This document shows, piece by piece, positions 50,851 through 58,147 of a stretch of 58,147 nt of DNA (its first letter is position 1; each line of letters starts with the position of its first letter). Position numbers and translations under genes: made by a program. A model generated the notes under the pieces. That model searched no databases, had not been told where the DNA came from, and saw only the letters and a list, made by a program, of their open reading frames with translations. Source of the DNA: Rhynchobatus australiae (Eukaryota); the NCBI GenBank assembly GCA_034780895.1, contig JAUZTB010000076.1, positions 33,228,878-33,287,024 of the forward strand, written 5' to 3'.

Positions 50851-51249
50851 TAGCCCTTTTATTTACTTCCAAAGTTTTCAGTAATGGAGTGTTGTCAGTG
50901 GTGTCATCACTGAGGAGCCCATTGAAAGAGAAGCTCAGTAGTATAAAGAAAAATGAAAAATGTACTTTTTTAGTTGTGGCACACTCTCTGAACTCTAGAA
51001 GGTGTTTAAGCAGCCTACAGTTACTCCTGAGTCTGCCTAGTTAGATCACCTGATATTCACAAAGTGTCCCTTTAAATAACAAAATAAGCAAGAGCATGCG
51101 CTTCAAGTTCCAGTAAAACTGTTCCATAAAGGCCACCTCCAATTCACAATGGTACAGGTAAAACTGTTTGTTGTGTAATTCATTAGGTGCTGGCCTGATG
51201 CTGGGGAAAATCAGATGCGTTGATGTTGATTGCAATAGCAGGTACTCCG

Positions 51250-51932
51250 TGTTGTGAGAGAACCACATGGCTGTCATTTGACAGTAATGTCACTGACCCC
51301 TGCTGGTCGGAGGGCAGCATTGCTCCTCGGATCGGAAATGATACTACTGTCAATCAAGGTGCAGCTCTACCCACCCCCTTAGGTGTGAGAGCACCTTTTG
51401 TCTCTGAACGTGCCTGACCACTCTGAATTTGCCTGATGATTGGCTGTGGCAGGAACCTTTGTCTTTGACCCCAAACCATTGGCCAGTTTAAATCACTCAG
51501 AGAGGCTCCACCCAGCCTCCTAGCACCATAAAAAGGGTTGCAGTCCCTTAGCCCTTCCTCTTTTGATGATCTCAGTAGCAGTGAGACAATGCTGCAGAGA
51601 TCACTGGTAGGAGTGCATCACCATGTGGTTTGGGAGCGTTCCACTCAGACTCTGAGCCGTTTTAGAGCCAATGCTAGTGTGAGTCAGGCATTGAAGTGTT
51701 ATATTTTGAAGTTGTACATTGTTATTGTGTGTGTGTGTGTGTGTGTGTATATATTTTACCCCAGTTGTGATCCCCCTCTCGAGTTTGCGGTATCCTGCGT
51801 GTGAGTGAGCGTGTGTCTGTTCCCATCCATTCTCTCCCGTGTTTGCCTTTGTGATTAAACTAGTTTTGATCTCCAAAGCTTGTGTCCAGAGGTCTCTATC
51901 CTTAAGACAGAAAAGAGTGATTTCACACAACA
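51250..51932 (+). mobile_element. Solo LTR (~683 bp)
   Basis: Termini TGTTGTG...CACAACA form a 7-bp perfect inverted repeat with TG..CA ends. Internally there are ATTGG boxes (~51439, ~51478), TATA-like CATAAAA (51527) and ATTAAA (51854-51859). The flanks ctccg/ccctg are only an imperfect TSD, and no PBS follows. Confidence 0.75.
51727..51748. repeat. (TG)n microsatellite within the solo LTR
   Basis: tgtgtgtgtgtgtgtgtgtgt run seen directly. Confidence 0.95.
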
Positions 51933-52825
51933 CCCTGGTTGATTTGTATAACTGTTGCAATTTACCTGGAAATGATCACTTATGTAAAACAGGTAAAACT
52001 GAGGTTGTATTGAACATCATTTTTGAGGAAAAGAATTGCACAATCAAATTTCTGTTCTCTAGATTTTTAATTATAGAGGGATGTACAGAAAGTACACCAC
52101 AGGATGTTATGGTGGAAATAGTCAATGTAGTGTACATATGGTGAAATATTCTGTACTTCAGGTGAAGACCATTACTTTGGCTTTCCAAAAATGATGATCT
52201 AGGTCTTCACTTTTTTCCTAACCATTCTGTTTACAAGTTATTCTAAAACATTTACTTTTGAGATGCTTATGAGTGAGAATTAAGCACACAAGTGATGTTT
52301 AACAAACAGGTATCTCTGTCAGTGGGTAGTTCAATAAATGCACAGAGAGCTACGATTCTAATTTCTCCTAAAATTAGAAAGCCCCAGATAACACTTAGAA
52401 AAATTACCTGTTAAGTTACCTGTTGCAACTTGAATTGCTTCAGGACAACCACAATTGTACATTTCTTTGAATTGGCTTTAACATTTGGGTAATTGGACAC
52501 ACATTTTTCAGCTAGGTTTCCTGTTTAAATTCCAGAAAATGGGGCTTTCAATAATTTTGTTTATGGAATTAAAAGAAAGAAGAATTCAAATTAGGAAATA
52601 TATATTAACATGTGTGTTTCTGAGCAGTGATGCATTGTTTGTCAAATAGCATGGCAGTAGTGCAGGAGCTTACTTACTTAACCATCGTGTGTATTTACAT
52701 CTCTGCATCTCATGTACAAGAGATCTGATTAGGAATCTCTAAGATACTGTTTCTATTTTTGTCACAAGGGAGTGTACAATAACAGAATGATACTGCCTGC
52801 CGAGTTTGATTAAATTTCATAAAAA

Positions 52826-53070
52826 CACCACCCTCCTAAGTATGGAGCCAAATAACACATTTTTCTTTTTATTTTTCATAGCTAAAAGCAAGCCAGCTGA
52901 ACAGACATTGAATGTGTAAATAGATGTGTGGGGAAGCTAGGTGAGCATATGAAGGAGAAAGGAAAAGAAGGATGTATTGATGAGGTTAGATGCAGAAAGA
53001 GGGGCATGTGGAGCATTAATATCTGCACAGGTCTATTGAGCCAAATGTCCACCTTGTGCTGCAAATATTT
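52826..53070 (+). repeat. Local duplication copy 1 (unique-looking flank plus CR1 3' tail)
   Basis: tggagccaaataacacat..catagctaaaagcaagccagctgaa..gaggttagatgcag..tgtgctgcaaatattt aligns with 53818-54030. Confidence 0.8.
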
Positions 53071-53817
53071 CTTTCTTTTTCAATCTTTTTTATTGGTTTC
53101 AAATCAGTGCAAATGGTATATGGCATCTAAGTTTGTACATATCTTACAAAGAGATCTCGTTATCACTCAAATCTTAGATAACCATNNNNNNNNNNNNNNN
53201 NNNNNNNNNNNNNNNNNNNNNNNNNNNNNNNNNNNNNNNNNNNNNNNNNNNNNNNNNNNNNNNNNNNNNNNNNNNNNNNNNNNNNTATCAAGCCCTTCTG
53301 ATAAGGATTAAGACTTAAAATTTTTTCCATAGTATCAGTTTTGTGAAGTGTTGGAAAAGAGGGCAAATATTTAACACTGCTTTGTAATAATGCAACTGAA
53401 TTTCCTCTTTCTATGTCTTGATCACAGAAATCAATTTTCTGCCACTTTCTCCAACTCACCTTGAGATGTTGGCTCCTCGAAAGTGACCCCAACAGTGTTA
53501 CCAGCACATTCACACACAGGAATCAATGCAGCTGACCTGGGATTCACCTGCCACCCACATGTACTCTTCAGGGGATGATGCTTGAGACTAATCTTCAAAA
53601 GGAATTCTGGCCCATTTCCCTATTCCCAACCCGTGACTGCTGAGAAAAACTTTAGCACAACCACCAATGCTGCTTGCATGAACATCATAAATTTATCTTG
53701 GGTCTCAGCTTTAGCTGAGCTGTTGGGCATAGCCTCCCTAAAGTAAACTGACTGTAATTTTGACACAGATAATAGGTCGATCTTGTTATTGTTGTAATTG
53801 GAAACAACTACAGTGCA

Positions 53818-54030
53818 GCACTACTCCTTTTAAATGTGGAGTCAAATAACATAAATTACTCTTTTGCATTTATAGCTAAAAACAAATCAGCTGAATGTAT
53901 AAACATATGTGATGGAAGCTGGCTAAGTACTTGAGGGAGAAAGGTAGAGGTTAGATGCAGGAAAAGGGCCATGTGTAGCACAAATATCGGCACAGATCTG
54001 TTGCCTTTCTGTGCTGTAAATATTTTGTAC
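53818..54030 (+). repeat. Local duplication copy 2
   Basis: tggagtcaaataacataa..tatagctaaaaacaaatcagctgaa..gaggttagatgcag..tgtgctgtaaatattt. Confidence 0.8.
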
Positions 54031-54069
54031 TGTTTTGAATAACCTTCTAGTGCCAACACCACTTCTCTG

Positions 54070-54490
54070 AAGGCATCAACAGTTTGTATAAACAAAGCGA
54101 CATTAACTTCATATGTTGCTTCCTAAAACGATTCATAAAATATTATTTGACACCAAAATATGAGTAAATATCATGATGAACAAAAACTTGGTTAATAAAG
54201 AAAAACTTTACAGACCATCTGAAAGGGGAAAAGAAGGAAGAGGTTGAGGTTTATTGAAGGGATTCCAAGGCTCAGCCACTGATGTGGGAGCAAGTCAAAA
54301 CAGTGCTGATCAAGAGGCCAGACTTGGAAAAACACTTATCTTTGAGGGTTGTAAAGACTGGAGGAGATTATATAGCCAGTGATGATAAGACTATGGAGGA
54401 TTCTAAAAGCAAAAGTAAGTTAAAAGAAAAACTGTGTTGCTTAACAAGAAACCAATAGAGACCACTCACCGCAAATATTGGTAAATAGGA
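54070..54490 (-). mobile_element. L2 LINE 3' fragment
   Basis: atttgacaccaaa..gaacaaaaacttggtt..gaagggattccaagg..caagaggccagacttgga..gactggaggagatta, homologous to the other L2 ends. Confidence 0.6.
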
Positions 54491-56104
54491 CTTGGCAGCA
54501 CTGAACTTCCACTCCACCAGCAGTAAAGAGAATCTGAACTTGATATTTTTGGAGTTAGGTAATTTCCATTAAACAGATGAGCACTTGTGTCAATATCAAT
54601 ATACCTTGGTGCCTGCTGGAGGGGACTTAGTACAACATACGGCATTGAAGGTAGCAGTTGAACAGACTGCTTAGAAGTACTTCAAACTGTTCCTTTGATA
54701 AGGATGGTCTCAAGGTCTCTGATAGCTATCCTGGGTTGTTTCTGGTCACAATCCCGAGATGAAGTGTCTTTGTGAGTTTCACATGTTTTGCTCTATTTAA
54801 TTGCATTTGTGTTTTGCTATGATTTTTTTGGGGGGGAATTGGAAAGCTAGCAGGTGATACAAACACACTAGACCTCTCCTCATTTTAAAATGCAACTCTA
54901 CCTGCAGACAAATGAGTTCTACCCATCCATGGAAAATTCCCTTGGCCTCGAGGGCCCACAAAGCCAGCATTCTCAGGTTGCATCACTTGAACATTGAAGT
55001 GACATTGTCATACAGGAAATTTGTGGCAGGTATGCTTAAATCAGATGGAATAGTTTGCAGATGATGAATAATTTGAGGCTTGAAATGGAAAGCCAAAATA
55101 ATTTCTTCACAGCTTTTTGGTAAAAAGGTACAGAAAATTAAAGTAAGCCTAAAGAAGGCTAAGACACAGTGGAGGAGAGCAGGTTCCACAAGAAAGATGC
55201 TGCTGGACAAAGCTTAGAAATATCTGTCATTTGGGATTGTAAAAGTTAATAGGAGTAGAAGAAACTCACAAAGAAAACCTGATGTACTAGAAATTCTTCC
55301 AGCTTTACTGACTCGAATGCCAATGAGCATGTTGGTTTTATTAAAGGCGGCAGTTTCTGTGTATCTACAGTTTTAACGGCCATTTTTCTCTTTGCTCCAG
55401 TTCAATGTCACCCCAGTTCCCTTTTATACTTTTTAACAATTAGGCAGCAAGGCTGGACCTTACTGAAAATTCTTTGATCAGACTCCTGCTGACTGTTCCA
55501 GTAACCAAACCACGCTGATAAAGCTCCTATTTTGTAGTCTTGACTCTAGAAAAGCTGCACTTATCAATCCACAAGTGTGATTTCTCATCAATTATCACAG
55601 AATTTAACCTTGTTGACACTGGACAATTGACAGCACTGATGTCACACATCTTTAAAATGTAAAAACAATTGTAAAAATATTCATTTTCTTAAATGATCAA
55701 ACCACCCAGAGGGACTCGTGCAGTTTGGAACTACTTCTGTACAATGTGGATCTGTTTTTAAAGAGTAACAGGAATAGAGGTAACTGTATTTACACAGTGG
55801 AGCACGATATTACATACTATAGCTAAGCACATAAACAAAGAAAATACACTAAGCTGTGGTGCCTTGTCATTTTATTGTGGCTTTAATTCAAAGGGGTTTT
55901 TAGGTAGATGGTATGGGCCTGAGCGGTTTACAACCATCATCCTCACTGTGCTTCTGATCTTGACCAGGGGAAGGTGGTTTACAGAAGCTGGGCACTATTC
56001 CTACAGAGAGAATAATCACTGCTGTCCAGTGCATGCAAACCCAGCACAGTGGCAATAGATGTGGTACAGGCCACCAACCAGTTTTTGCCTTAAGATCATG
56101 CAGT

Positions 56105-56400
56105 CTCAGAGGCCATTCCGCCTATCATTCTTGGGCTGGCTCACTGATATGCTCCCTGCTCTTTCTGCATAAGCCTCCAATTTTGTTTCCTTTCATGTGT
56201 TCATCCAAACACATAATGAACATTCCAAACTGAATCTGCTGCAACTATCTTTCACAGATTGTTGCAGCACACTGCATAAAAAAATACCCTGCTCATTTCT
56301 ACCTGCGTTACTCTGCCAATCTATGTTCTCTAGTTATCAACCTTCCCAGTGGAAACAGTTTCTCTCCATGTTCAAGATCATTATTAACTATGTCCTTAGC
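56105..56400 (-). mobile_element. Old CR1 3' fragment
   Basis: gaggccattccgccta tail and remnants of the CR1 C-terminus on the reverse strand. Confidence 0.55.
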
Positions 56401-57175
56401 TTTCCCTGCTTGAGGGTGTTAAGATAAAGCCAGAGAAAGAAAAAGAAGATGTTTTTCTTTAGGTTCTTAGTGTTTTTTTGATCAGACATAAGATGGCAAA
56501 GCATAATCCCTTGAAAGTGTTCAGCCCATGCTGCAGTATGCTGAGTCTCAGGTTCCCAAGGGCCCCAAATATAAATTATCAAGCTGTCGACAATGAAAGT
56601 TATATTATACAAACCATATTCAGATGACATCATTTAGCTATTCATTACACAAGCCTGATAATCATTAATGAGAAATGACAAAATAAAGCCTATTAAGAAC
56701 TACAGCACAGTTTCTTTAAATTAGGAATCACAAGAGAAATGTTGAGAAAATACATTTAGTAGGATCATACTGTTTATCTCCTGCATTTTCATTTGAGATT
56801 TACAGCATTAGGCATTTTTTTGTGTTGTCACTTTAGCAAGCTTGCATTAGATTTCGATACCAAGTAACAACATAACTCGAGAAGGCCATCAGAAAGTTTC
56901 CCCAGACCCTGGCACAAGCATTAGAACATTCTGTTCCATTTTGATTGTTTTTGACTCTGCCATCCTTTAAAGAATACTAATAAACTTGAAAAGCTACAAT
57001 TCCCTATTATCTCCAAATCTCCTTGTCGGCACTAGGTACCTCTAGAAACTGGTCTGTGCCAACTGCATAGAACACAAGCAATTTCAAAGCCTCAAATGAC
57101 TAATGAAATAATCGAAGCACTGTTCAAAAGCCTCCCAATTTCACCAACAGTTTAACATCAATTCTATGATAATAC

Positions 57176-57418
57176 TGTAGCAACCCGTACTCACACGTGT
57201 CGAACCCCCGTCGGCAGCCGTGGACGGACGCACGGGGGCGCGTTGCAATCGGCCTGTGAGGTGGGCCTTCCAGCGGGAACCTGACGCCACGTCTGCCGAA
57301 AGGGCCCTCGGGTATTTTTGCGCGTGCGCACCTTTTGTTTAAGTCACTAAGGTGTGTTTCGACCTAGCCTCCACGTCTCCGAGTTTTCCTTTCGGAAACC
57401 CGTCGCGTACGCGCTACA
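57176..57418 (+). repeat. 5' LTR, 243 bp
   Basis: 6-bp terminal inverted repeat TGTAGC/GCTACA, followed 2 nt later by the PBS. Confidence 0.9.
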
Positions 57419-57420
57419 TT

Positions 57421-57434
57421 TGGTGACCCCGACG
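57421..57434 (+). promoter_or_regulatory. Primer binding site complementary to the tRNA-Trp 3' end
   Basis: TGGTGACCCCGACG is the reverse complement of ...CGUCGGGGUCACCA, the vertebrate tRNA-Trp 3' end. Confidence 0.9.
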
Positions 57435-57462
57435 CTTCCAGACGGCATCTGGGATCCGCGAC

Positions 57463-58145
57463 ATGAGTTCCAACGACTCGCACACAACGCAGTCTCACTC
57501 AAGCTCCCGATGTTCTGGGCCGCCCAGCCCCATGTATGGTTCGAGCAGGCGGAGGCCCAGTTCAACAGAGACATTACAGCCAAACCACGCAGTACTACTA
57601 CATGGTCAGTGCGCTCGACCAGGACACGGCGGGCTGGGTCATCGATTTCTTCCACTGACCACCGGCAGAGGACAGGTACGCTAAAATTAAGGCGCTCCTG
57701 ATCCGCACCTTCAGGCTTTCCAGCCGAGAACGGGCCTGCACATGGACGGCCTGGGCGACCGTAAGCCATCCAAGTTGATGAACGACATGCTGGTGCTCAT
57801 GGACGGCCATAAGCCGTGCTTTTTGTTTGAACAATTGCTCCTCGAGCAACTTCTGGAGGACCTTTGTCCCCTCCTCGCGGGCAAGGAGTTCAGCGACCCC
57901 CATAAACTCGCAGCCCGTGCCAACATCTTGTGGCAGAGTAAGCAGCAGGGAGTGGCTTCCATCTGCCTAACCACGACTGCGCAGCCCAAGCCCAAAACCC
58001 CACAACCGAAGCCACCGGGGCCCGCAAGGGACAAGGAGGAGGCTCGGACCAATTGTGTTTTTACCATCAGATATGGGGATCGAACGCACGCCACTGCCAT
58101 CCGCCATGTTCCTACCAGGGAAATGCTGGGGCCGGCCGTCACTAG
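57463..58145 (+). pseudogene. Disrupted gag of the Gypsy element
   Basis: Pieces NAVSLKLPMFWAAQPHVWFEQAEAQF, YYYMVSALDQDTA, GLGDRKPSKLMNDML and LCFYHQIWGSNARHCHPPCSYQGNAGAGRH* lie in different frames, with at least one internal stop. The final stop TAG is at 58143-58145. Confidence 0.88.
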
Positions 58146-58147
58146 TG

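Larger units (their letters stand above)
57176..58147 (+). mobile_element. Ty3/Gypsy LTR retrotransposon, CsRn1 clade, 5' portion (continues beyond the window)
   Basis: 5' LTR at 57176-57418 with TGTAGC...GCTACA termini; PBS TGGTGACCCCGACG; gag with a CX2HX9CX3C motif; abrupt rise in GC and CpG content. Confidence 0.93.

Noticed and set aside
57347-58142. Minus-strand 140/101/143-aa ORFs
   Set aside because: These are shadow ORFs of the GC-rich gag on the plus strand.

Overview
This is AT-rich, repeat-laden vertebrate genomic DNA with several N gaps. The CR1, L2, RTE and Deu-SINE families present point to a cartilaginous fish (inference). The window lies inside the Nuclear Factor I A gene (NFIA) on the minus strand. 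Two coding exons are visible, at 47523-47650 (128 nt) and 14091-14219 (129 nt), equivalent to human exons 6 and 7 and separated by a ~33.3 kb intron; neither is called in its correct frame by the ORF track. The rest is intron. It holds many decayed LINE/SINE fragments, Penelope-type short repeats with relic hammerhead cores, MITEs, a fossil intron-containing Harbinger Myb/SANT gene, a solo LTR, and the 5' part of a CpG-rich CsRn1-clade Gypsy element at the right edge. Several repeat-free blocks look like conserved enhancers. The most interesting signal is the 3' splice-site region of the 129-nt exon: a distant branch point and long pyrimidine tract feed an upstream AG whose use would add in-frame stops, a candidate NMD switch. 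A second candidate 49-nt poison exon lies in the same intron. No prokaryotic-type system (CRISPR, operon) is present, and I found no clearly novel protein-coding system. Repeat boundaries are approximate, and family calls rest on recalled motifs rather than database searches.
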